A stretch of DNA of 56,283 nt, counting the filler, from Sphacelaria rigidula (taxonomy: Eukaryota), in the NCBI GenBank assembly GCA_964200075.2. It is 5 parts of 5 records of this genome, joined end to end, with 100 filler letters (N's around TTAATTAATTAA, not from the genome) between each part and the next. Parts side by side here need not be neighbours in the genome. Positions count along the whole stretch, not along the records: positions 45,111 to 56,283 come from CAXNAA020005284.1; 4 more parts are not named here. One strand, given 5' to 3'. Positions 45,911 to 56,283 of the stretch are shown piece by piece; the stretch's first letter is position 1, and every line of letters starts with the position of its first letter. Below the pieces are notes generated by a model, which did no database searches, had not been told where the DNA came from, and saw only the letters and a list, made by a program, of their open reading frames with translations. A program made the position numbers and the translations under genes.

Positions 45911-48900
45911 TTCAAGTAGGGGTGTGCCATTTTGAGGACGGCATGAAGTGTTGAAGTACCCGTGGAACGGCCCAAGAACCAAGAGAAGTGATCATACAGT
46001 CAATCAAAAGTATAACGGTGCTCCCCTACAAATGCTTCGCCACTCTCCATCCGGCAGCGAGGGTGTACCTTCCCATTCGAGACCGAGTTCATTTTTGGTA
46101 TACACCTGCTCTACCCTGAATATACGTGTCTGCGAGGTCCTGAAGGGCGACAGGGGTTCTTCGCAGACTACCTCATAGGCGTGTGTTCAAGCACTCCCCT
46201 TTCCCCCTGTTGAAGCAGTAAGCGTTCACGTGCAATTGTCTTTCATTGTGTCAAGTGGGCAACATTTGGCGTTCTTGTATGCCACCAAACGGTACTAGTG
46301 TTTGTGTATTCCTCCGAGACCCTCTACATGTATTGCTTGTGCCATAGACTTGGTTGAAATATTTTAGTCCAATATGATGTTCCGTGCAATTCCAGTGAGA
46401 AATAACTGAGCACTAATAATAATTACGGGCACCTTCGTTGGATTGGTTACCCTTGCCTCATCATCTCCGGCCGACAAGGATCGTTTTTGGATATGTCGAG
46501 TCTTTCGGTTTTACTGCGCGGGAGGTTGTTCAACCAATTCGTTCAAAAGTTACATAACCTGAATCAGTACGTGCGTAGATAGTGATGGGAATACATGGTA
46601 CCGTACATGAGCGATGCAGTCACGCGCGACGCTGTTTCTAACAACCGTGCTCATATCTCGCTGCACTCGCGCTCGCCCTTCTTAGCTGTGCTCATATCTC
46701 TCACCTCTAATCCGGCAAATCCCCGAATCACCCGGCCACAATCGAATCTCTCCACACTTGAAAAAATAGGAAATTCCATGATTTCATCTGAATGACTTCA
46801 TCCCTTGAACCTTCAGTACAATTCGGAAGTTCCCACTATGGCTTCCCCGCCCCTCCTCGGAATTCGCGGTGACAGCTGATGACGGCGTTTTCCCGAGTTC
46901 TGGCGGGCTCCATGCCCAGACCTCAGCATCGGGAGGATATGAGCATCACCATGAACCCGGTAGCCCCGTCGGTGTGCGAATTTTTGTCGGAGAGCTTGCG
47001 AGCGGGGCTAGCGCTGGGGTTGGGCAAGACCGGAGTGTTGTTTGGTGAGAGGGGATTGTGTATGACTATCGCGCGCGTTGAGTAGTGGGAAGCGGACTGG
47101 GGGATCGTTCGACACAGATATTCTACCGAGATCGGTAACCCTTATTCCTTCGACTGCTCTCGGATTCCTAGCCTATGCAGAGCATGGTTGCGGCATACCG
47201 AGAAACAATCAAAAGACGGGCACATGGAGTAGACGGGTGATAGTCTAGATTCGCTCTACGTGAGGCAGATTAGTACACTTGTTACCGATTTGATTTCCCG
47301 GGTAGACGACAACAGTGCCTCAACTTGGGGGACTTTGCAAATTGGGGAAGGGGTCGTAAACCCCTTGAGTTCAGATTGTCATCCTTTTCTTAGTCATGCT
47401 TTGCTGGTTAATCAAATATCCCCCACAGCCCCACCCTCCTCCCCTGTTGGACTACGGTACAGGTTCTCAGCGTTGGAATTATGGATTCGCTCAGTTCAGA
47501 AGTTTACTTCTTTTTTTTTGCCACAAGACGTTTTATCGTTTCCACTCGGGAGTTCCAAAGTGAGTTGATTTCGTTGGCGAAGGAAACAGATTCACGGGGA
47601 TAGTAGTCTGCCAATCTTTCGTCCACGGAGCAAAGTAGGGAAAACAACATAATCCGAAAAATGTAATATGATACATTATTCACCCCCCCGCCCGTTCCTC
47701 GCTTCCCCCTCGTGCGCGCGTCCGCTTTGCAATCGAGTAGCGGGTGAGCTGTCCACAGAGGCACGCTGCACGCACCTGGCAGGCGTTTTGGAAACCGCTT
47801 CCTCCGCGCTGTTCGACGAACGACGCCAAGTTGTCAACACTCTGGTGAGTGTAGATATTGATGTTGATCCTCGCTTGTTTCTCTCGTCCCTTCGCTGCCC
47901 CCTTCCTTGCGGGTGTTGCTTTGTTTAAGAATTTGTGTTTTTGGGCCGTGGAGGAGGGAATGAAAGCATCGAATTGGTTTGGATTTATTGCTCCGCTTCG
48001 TCACGTCTTCATATTCTTTTTTTTTTTTGCGATCCGGATGTCATCTATCGTACGTGTTGTTTGAATGTGTTTGATTGGCGTACATTAACTAATGAGATAT
48101 AGGCACGAGTAGGTCGAACCTCTCACTTTTCAGTGGGGGGTAGTGGCGAAACATAGCCACGGGCTCTGCCCAGCAGAGCGTTGAAGGGCCTAAGACCACC
48201 GTTTCCCCTTTTTTTTTCGGCCGGGGAAAATCTGCCGCACATAAAACAGATCATTTGGGGGGGTGTAGCTGGTGTTTACGACACGGCACAATATTCAAAG
48301 GCTGATAATAATTTTTCACGCATGTTCTCCAATAGTCACAGACCCCAATGGCATCGAACGGATCGCAACCCCAAATAATACATCCAGGAGAGCTTTGTCA
48401 GTCCAAAACCGAGTGCTGCTGTTTTGATACACCACTGCCGGCTTACGTGTATATTTGTATCTTGGAGAGAGAGAGGGGGGGGGAGAGACTGTGTGCACAG
48501 TCAGCGCTTCGGTGGCATACAACGGCTGCTGGGCCGAGATTCGCGCGTCTGCCAGTATTCTGGACTGTATTGTTTTCATCTGCCATGCGGATGGTTTCGC
48601 TGTCGACAGAATGCCCTGGGCCGTTGTGCTACCCGACCATCATTGTATTTTTCCGAAATGGCGGAAATGGAAAATTGATCTATTGCCTGAACTAGATGAG
48701 AAAAATGTCGTAAATTGTTGGAGATTTAGTCTGCGGTAAAGTCCCGGGTTTTTTTCCACCCTTGACGGAAAGAGGAAACCCAAAGCAACACTTACCCCGC
48801 AAGCGAGTTTCGCAAGCGAGGAGGTCGTCTGCCGATTACCCGAAGGCGCCTCAGGCGATTGCTCAACGCAGTTTGGGGGGTGCTCCCACCCCTTTTAACT

Positions 48901-49841
48901 TTGCGCAGTACACACGCCACCATGCTCTCAAGATTAAGAGCTTCGCCCCTAGGAAAAAATCCCATTAGTATTACCCCTCATCCCTTTTGAGATCGGTTTC
49001 CCCACTATGGTCGGTTTGTGGCACTTTTACCCCACAATCGTGTGTTAGCGGCAGGTGTCCTTTTGTCTCGTTTGTAAGCCAAAATGATGCCAATTCGAAA
49101 AAAGGCACGTGAAGGATCATTTTGACCTTGAAACAACACAAATGAACACCTGCCTCTAGCACACGACTGTGGGGTAAAGGGGTCCCGAGAGAGTTGATGG
49201 AAGTTACGTCGAACTCGAGGTTCCCGGTATTTTCAACAGTATAATACTGTACAATATACAAGGCCCCTCGATTTTGAGATGCCTCTAGTAACTCATGTTC
49301 AATTCATGTGTGTAACGGCAGCAGCGCAAAGGGAAAGTGTTGCAAAACAAAATTTATGCGAGAAATCAATTTCGGCCTTCATTGTTGTTGTGCGGGGGAT
49401 TTCTCCTGTCCGTAGAAAGAGGCGGTGGGGCCGTTTCAGGTCCTTCGATGCTCTGCCGTGCGGTGGTATGGAGGATGACTCTTGAGAGACGGAGAGTGGC
49501 CAACAGGGGGTACATTTCGGATGCAATTGGGTGAAAATGGATGAGGGGTTGCCCCACCCGGTTTCTCGCACAAAAGGATTCCCTCGTGCAGCCCTCGTAG
49601 TCCATGGCACTGTTTGCCCATTGGTGCTCCAGAAAGTTCGTGAGAGAAAGCCGATCCTCGTGCTCTGTCTGGGCCGTTGTCGCCTGGCCTTCGCGTCAAA
49701 ATTGGATTTAGATCGACTTGGGGGAGCACGCGCGGAGCCCATGGCTATGTTTTGCCACTACCCCCGTTTTGCTGTTTAGCTCGACTCGCACCTGTCTCTT
49801 TCCCTTGACTGATCATGGAGAGATCCAGTCGTCGTCATCAT

Positions 49842-50760
49842 CCACAAGGTAAATGTACCCAAGATGAACAAAATGGGAACACTCGCTGGAAAAAAGTGAA
49901 GTACTGGTATACATGCAGGTATAACAGATAGGAGTAGACTGCTGCTCGCAATTTTCGCCCTGCGGGTTTTATTTCTCGGTCCCAGTCGCACGGTTGACTT
50001 TGCCCATTTTTTCTCATTCCTGGCCTGTTCGAACTCCGTTCGGATGGCAGCATCCTCGAACCACTCCGGTATATATGGCATTCGGGTCTGACGAGGCGCT
50101 ACCTCATCAGCAAAACTCAGGAATACGTCGGCTAAGTTCGCGGGCAGTCGACTGACCGTATCCTCAGCTCGGTGGGTTGCTCACGTCCAGCGGTGTCAGA
50201 CATCATTTGCGCGCAATCGATCGATAGGTTGGCAAAAAAATATCTGACATCGATAGACGTTAGCAAGCCAGCGAACTAATCATCAGTGAGCTCAGGCACG
50301 GTAGAATTAAGGATAGAGTCAGTCGTCTGCCCGCGGATTTAGCCGACGTATTCTTGAGTTCCGCTGATGGAGTGGTACCCCGACAGACCTGGAGGCCACG
50401 TATTCTGGGGTAGTTTTGAGGATGCTGTTTTCCGAATGAAGTTCGAACAGGCTTGGAATGAGAGGAAAAAAACGACGTTTACCGTGCGAATTGGACCGAG
50501 AGATGGACCCGCGTAGCAAACATTGCGAGCAGCATGCAAGAATTAAGAGAGGTTGATCCAAACTGGGGTGGGTAGGTACCTGGAGGTGCATTCAAAGGAG
50601 CTGGAGGGGTACGTTGAAGTTGGAGACTCGAGAGGATAGTGCAGATTTTTTGTTTTCCTGTCTCTCCTGGTCTAGCGTGTGTGTCCTTCCCTACTGTTTT
50701 CTTTGCTTTTCTTCAGCGAGTATTTTCGTTGTACTCATCTCGGGTGCATCCATCTTGTGA
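49842..50760. mobile_element. Large foldback element, nearly wholly palindromic, centred at ~50220
   Basis: Arms pair, e.g. GAATACGTCGGCTAA / TTAGCCGACGTATTC, GCCTGTTCGAACT / AGTTCGAACAGGC and GCTGCTCGCAAT / ATTGCGAGCAGC. The centre is ATCGATCGAT. Confidence 0.8.
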
Positions 50761-51654
50761 CGTGTCGCATGCTATCCATCTTCACGGTACTTTTTTTGGC
50801 GTATGCCGTTGAATGTGTTGCAGTACCACTCAATGTGCCCCGCCCTTTGTGTATGTGTATGTCGTGATGTATCGGCGAGTGTAGGGTGCGATACCGCAGA
50901 GAAATTCACGGTACATGCTGCTCGCGCAATGATGTCCAGCGTCGAGCACATGTTTTGAAGTGTTTGTGAGGCGCATGTTCATGGTGACCCTGAACCGATC
51001 GTCAACGTGTCGCACATGAGCTCATCCCCGAGGGCCCCTGCCGTGATCATTAGATATACTCGAGGTGAACAAACAGGAATGCTCGCCAAATATAAATATT
51101 TTATTCTTTTTCAAGAAGAAGATTCGCACGAACAAGAAAGGATGTATTGAGGAACAAAATCAAAGCCAAGCACCAAGGGAGAGGAAAAGAAGGAAGGGAA
51201 GGAAGTGGGACTGTGGAAGAAAGGGTAAAAATACTTGGAACTTTTGGTGGAAGATCTCAACACCCTTTTTTGCATCATGGATGTACACACGGTTGCCGCA
51301 CACCATCATCAATCTTGGGAAGGGCAGTGCATCTGCGCACACGCCGTCTCACACCAAATGGGCCGTGATCTATCTGATCATTTGTACCTCCATACCTGCA
51401 CCGATGCCGGCTTTGCGTTGATATTCATTTTGACCTCTGCGCGTGGCACGAGGGTTGACTTGCACCTTAAGTTCCTAGTCTTGACCAAGGCTGCGGACTT
51501 CAGTACAATCGCAGGCGCTCAGGCCCCGTTTTATCGGTAGAGTTGACCGGCGTTGGGCTACAAATGCCTTCAGTTGACACATTACTTGATTTGAGTGTGT
51601 ACAACGATAATCGGATCTTTACCAAGGCTGACAGTCCTTTGTGCTCATCGCGTG

Positions 51655-51790
51655 CGCAGAACGCGTTCTCGTTGAATTTGGGAGCTGTGGCGCCGATTTC
51701 GGGTTCACCAAGGCCCGCACTTGGCCTAGGGAATGTTATCCACCGCCCTTGCCCGAGATTTATCGTTATGCGTTGGGTTAGGGTTAGCGA
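51655..51790 (-). repeat. Dispersed repeat with TTAGGG-like hexamers (copy 3)
   Basis: Reverse complement of the 14104/20394 family. Confidence 0.65.
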
Positions 51791-52346
51791 TACTTATAAA
51801 ATATGTCAACCATTGACAAATGTAGCCCAATGCCAGTTAAGTAGCCTCCGCCTTATCGAGACAAGAAGCAGTGAAAATGAAAGTGTGATGATGGGCGTAA
51901 TCGTCTCTGGTGACCTTCTTTATCCTTCTGGTTTGGTTGGGGGATGATGCTTTGTTTTGATCGCCCTTGATATCATCCTCATAAAAAATGACATTTTTTT
52001 TCATCAACTACTGTGATAAAGGGGGGAAAATTCTACGGGAACGCGAGAGACGGGTGGTTTCTCGTGATTTCGACGTTTTGAAGCGTCAAAATCGCTCTCA
52101 TTATTTCGTTTGATAAGATGGTGCCTCGAGTTGCTGTTAGCGGCCGTGACTTGTATTTTGGGGTAGGCGGCGAAGACCGAATGGAAGATAACATACGAAT
52201 AACATGCTTTGCCTCACATGTTCTAGACTAATGCATCGAACCGTTTGTTACTCCTCTCACACTGAAACCATCACCTTTGAAACTATGTTCACCTGCTCAA
52301 AAAATCTTATTTTGCCGTCTTTTACTGTACTACTGATACACAACAG

Positions 52347-52585
52347 CTCCTGGTACGAATGAAGCGGAGAGGCGCTCCATTTCAACTCCTGCTGGAGGCA
52401 TGTTCTTTCATTTTCGACTCCGCCTTTGACATGGCCGGCGGTCCCAAGGCACCTGGTAGCCCAACGCTGCCCTTTCAGGGAGGAGGGGCAGCGGTGGGCG
52501 TGGAGGAGTCAAAGGGCGGGGATGGACCACTAGGGTCCCAGGAAGCATGGGAGGCCTTCAATCGTCGTATGGATGAACAGGATAG
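52347..52585 (+). CDS. Exon (LLVRMKRRGAPFQLLLEAC..DEQD)
   Basis: CAACAG acceptor and AG|GTGAGC donor. Confidence 0.8.
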
Positions 52586-55457
52586 GTGAGCTGAACTGAC
52601 TAGAAGATATCCTAGAACACCTAAGTATGGATAGGACGGAGGCACTGGAATATGATCAAGGTTGGCTTGAATCAAATCATGCTCATGGAGAGTCATGTCT
52701 CATGGTTTTCTAGTTTTTTGGGGTGGGCAGGGGTGCGGGTGGTGAGAATATTTTTTGGCCAAATTGATCCCTGATGAAAAAAAAAGCCAGACCAACATGT
52801 GACGAGCAGTGATTTGATTGACAGATTGATTTATTGATTGCTGCGTACCAACCTATCCTTGGTCATTATGCACAAGATAGACGTACCCAAGGTTGAAAAA
52901 CAGAAACGCTTGCTGAACAAAACTACAGATGGAGAAGAGAACAATTACACACGCTGTATACACAGTTTTGATGAAAGTTGTGCACGACGGAAGAAAACGA
53001 CAGGACAAAGAGTTGACGTGTAGTACTTTACAAGCCCATGGTTAACCTCCTTCAGTTGTTCACGTCTATTCCCGCAGAGTTGTCGCGGAGGCAGCAGCAG
53101 CAAAACTTGCGGCGACGGGCAGCAGTAGTACTGGTGCCCCGATAAAGCGAGAGTTGCCGCCGGCCATGGTGGAGGTGTTAAAGGTGTCGCTGTCCTTGCT
53201 CCGTAGACTGTGCATCCGAAATTTGGCGAACGTGGCCGGCCCCTTCTCGTCTGGGATGCCAATGTGGCATTCTGCACCCCCCCAGGTATTCATTTTGGCG
53301 ATTATTTCCTGGTTTTGTGATTATTATCTGCTGTTGTTATCGATGTTGTCGTTTCCGGTCCTGTCATGCTCACTTTTTATTTCTCATCATAAATTGCACG
53401 AAATATTTACTTCTTGCATAATAATGTTATCGGGTTTATTTGCTGTTGATTATTTATCGTTGTTTCACGTTGTCAGAAAAGTGAAGTGATGGTTCTCTCC
53501 CCGGTTCATTTGCCTTCGAAAACTACCTTCACTGCTTCCATCATGAGTGTGTTTCTTGTGCTGCTTTACTTACCGTCATAAAAAAAAATGCTTATACAAA
53601 ATATATACTTTTCTTCTTTGTGTAATCGGCTAACCGAAGCGACTGAGAGACGGGGGACCCGTTCGGTTGTCCTCAACTCCGCTGCCCTCGTGGTGTATCT
53701 TCTTTCGTTGGTTTATGAACGTTGTCCTCAGGTAATTACTATTACCCCTGTTGACTATCGGTATTGCTGTTTGTGTTTACATCGTAGTATTGGCCATAAG
53801 CCAGTCAATTGGTGCAAAACGAAGATATCTCAGCATTAAAATGTCGCCAGGCCCTGACCTGCAAAGAAAATAATAAAAAATATGTTGAGACATGAGAGCA
53901 ATTCAAGGTAGTTAGGGGGAGAGCCACCAGCATCATTAGAAACAACGGTGTGTGTGTCGTTGTTTTCCTGGTTTTTGGAGGGAGTGCTCCGGGTTTACTT
54001 GATACTGGGAGAAGAGGGACTTTGAATATTTGAACACGGAGAGTAAGTTACGTGAGGTGTTGAGTTAGACGGGAACCATTCCAGGTATTACTTTTTTTTT
54101 ACACAACTTTGGAGAAAGTGGGAAAGCTATCGGCTACTGCCTTCCGTCAAGAGAAGATTCTTTGTTATCACGGCCACTCCGGGGTTGTGTACTTCGCCGG
54201 CTCCGTTCTAAATCATGATCTTAGCTTCGCGCTATTATTTTCAACGACTCAAATGAATAACTTGTACCAACCATGTATTTTGAAAATTCTGCAGCAGCGG
54301 CGTGAATGGGAGCAGGCGCTAGCCATGGCTGGCGAACCCGTGCCCCCCATCGCAGAGCCAGCATCACCTCCACAACCATCGTCATCATCCACGGCGCCGG
54401 ACGCCGCCAGCAGGCCTCGAGCGGAGGCGGCACATGCTCCGGCAGGAGCCGATGGTGGAGCTCGCGGTGGCGCCAGCGGCGGGCAGGAAGAAGAAAAGGC
54501 CGAGAACGCGGAGGATGAAGACAATAATGACGGCAGGGACGGTAACGACTCGGATGATGGTTCTTCACCTCCACCGCCGCCAGCCGCGGGGGGGACGGTG
54601 GCTGTAGGTGCTGCAGCACCGTTGTCGTCGCCGGCGGTTGGAGAGGCACGAGGTGCTACTGGTGCGGGGGGAGATGCGGGAGGGACAGGGCGCGCCACGG
54701 GTAGTGAGCCTTCTGGCGCGCCGGCAGCGGCAGCGGCGGCGGCGACGACGCAGGCAAAGTTTTTTTCTGGGTTCATCGTTGTGGGGGTGTGCTCCGTGCT
54801 ATCGTTGTTGGTCCGTTGGGACGTCGTTGTATTTATCCTCTGTCCTACTCGAAGGTGGGGTTATATTCACATGAGTATTCTGGACAGTCTGGTGTGTGCT
54901 GTTGGTGCTTGTTCATAGTGAATGTTATATCATTAACTTCTTTCCGCCCAGGTTGCTAGTTGGAAGGACTTCAGGAGGGTTCTCGGGATGGTGCCCTTAT
55001 TAATCTATGTCTCGGGTTGAAATTACTGTTGGTCGAAACTCTGGGAAGCGCTCACTTCTAGCTGGCGATTATCTACGCCTACGCTATGGATATTTGTCCA
55101 GTATGGGTGATGTTGAAGGCAGGACTGTCAGCACCCCCACATGGCCGAGGACAAAGAGCATGGTTCCCCCAAGGGTTCAACACTATTGCACTACACTTTT
55201 CGTGTCTCGCGTTTTCTCATCGAACGTTGCTGGTTTTGCGGCGCGCGCTCGAGCAGGGTACAACCGGCGGCAGAGGTAGCAAGGCGAAGAAGCCGACGCC
55301 TCCCCCTTTCTCGCCGGATCTGTTCGTGCGCCGCGTCCATCTATTGATCGGGGAGGTCTTGCTTGCCGCTTGGAGTGACCCTCGATTGCCGTCCTTACCT
55401 CAAGAGGCGGCATCCCGTGTTCTGGCTGCCGTGTTGGAGCTCATGCAGAGCCTTCAG
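52347..55457 (+). CDS. Internal exons of a large protein, probably a HUWE1/Tom1/UPL1-type HECT E3 ubiquitin ligase (helical region upstream of UBA)
   Basis: Phase-compatible exons 52347-52585, 53078-53285, 54295-54753 and 55257-55457. ELPPAMVEVLKVSLSLLRRL and FSPDLFVRRVHLLIGEVLLAAWSDPRLPSLP resemble the corresponding HUWE1/UPL1 helices from memory. The exons are better supported than the product call. Confidence 0.6.
53078..53285 (+). CDS. Exon (VVAEAAAA..HSAPPQ)
   Basis: CCCGCAG acceptor and CAG|GTATTC donor; phase matches the previous exon. Confidence 0.8.
54295..54753 (+). CDS. Low-complexity exon (QRREWEQALAM..AATTQ)
   Basis: CAGCAG acceptor and a GC-rich open frame. The donor is uncertain (CAG|GCAAAG). 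Confidence 0.65.
55257..55457 (+). CDS. Exon (GTTGG..FSPDLFVRR..MQSLQ)
   Basis: GAGCAG acceptor and CAG|GTGTGT donor, 67 codons. Confidence 0.8.
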
Positions 55458-56198
55458 GTGTGTTGTTGGTGCTTCATCATGTGCTTATGTTTCTCCTGTC
55501 GCTTCTTCGTCGCTTATACTTGTTTGATGATGTACCCTGTATTGCCGAAGATGATCCCTCCTTCTCTCTCTAATCTTCATCTCACATACATGTATTGCTG
55601 CTTCATGTATCGAGCTTTCGGCGAACCGTATACGTACATTACGCGGTACATTCGATCATTCTCGCATCATAGCTGTTGATGAGTGTTCCTGGCGAATACG
55701 GACAGCATTCGTTCCTGGCAAGCCAAAGATGGGAGTCGGAACGCTTGCTTGTGACGGGGAAATCGACCAAAAGAAGAGAAACACCCACCATCCGTTTTGG
55801 GACGTGTTCTAGAGCTACGTATTAACGCCTGTATACTTCAATTGATACCATCTGATCTGTTTTGTTCTGTTCGTGTCAAACGTGTGATTGCTCCCGACGT
55901 CCTGTCTTGAGTTCGAATGATATTTTGGTGTGCTAGCGCATGCAAACATTCGCAATCGGTTTGATGTATAATGGCTCGAATTGAAGTATCGGGAGTACTT
56001 CGCGTTTGTCACCGCAAGGGAGTGCCGTCACCGGCAGTCATTTTACAATGTTCCGTCTTTAGTGTGAAGATATTCTTGCAGACGGGTATGTGACCACTTT
56101 CCCAATTTCTTCACGCGTGTCTACACAGAATGATGAATCCTGTGTGATTTGCCTCAGGCTGTTGCGCCCCTTCGCTCGTTTAGCTCCTGAATATGTAA

Positions 56199-56230
<32 letters not shown>

Positions 56231-56283
56231 ACCCCCCCCCCCCTCCCCCACCCCCCCCCCAAAAAACAACGCCATGCGGCCGC

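Noticed and set aside
46615-47085. Possible old inverted-repeat element
   Set aside because: Arm similarity is too weak to establish by eye.
56190-56283. Poly-C run ending in a NotI site
   Set aside because: Probably low-quality read end or vector/linker sequence at the scaffold terminus.

Overview
This is eukaryotic, intron-rich, transposon-dense DNA. A brown-algal (Ectocarpus-like) origin is inferred from gene structure and repeat style, not proven. The window is not one locus. It is five sequences of 11179, 11178, 11178, 11175 and 11173 bp joined by identical artificial spacers (N44-TTAATTAATTAA-N44), i.e. size-sorted unplaced scaffolds. Segment 1 (1-11179) holds decayed TEs and 41-43 bp periodic arrays, with no host gene that I can see. 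Segment 2 holds four exons of a papain-family (C1A, cathepsin F/RD19-like) protease cut off by the scaffold end. Segment 3 holds a Ty3/Gypsy element lacking its RT core and most of RNase H, a 42-bp higher-order array and MITEs. Segment 4 holds a LINE remnant and a 7-exon EF-hand gene on the minus strand. Segment 5 holds a large foldback element and four internal exons of a probable HUWE1/UPL1-type HECT ligase. The most interesting signals are: a LINE family whose target duplications start in poly(C) tracts, with ~67-nt tail-only copies; four unrelated arrays converging on a 41-43 bp period with palindromic cores; a dimeric MITE moved as one unit; GC-AG introns needed in two gene models and probably the third; and an EF-hand protein with a long insertion in its first EF loop. 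I found no CRISPR, rRNA or tRNA. All protein family calls come from motif recognition by eye, not database searches.
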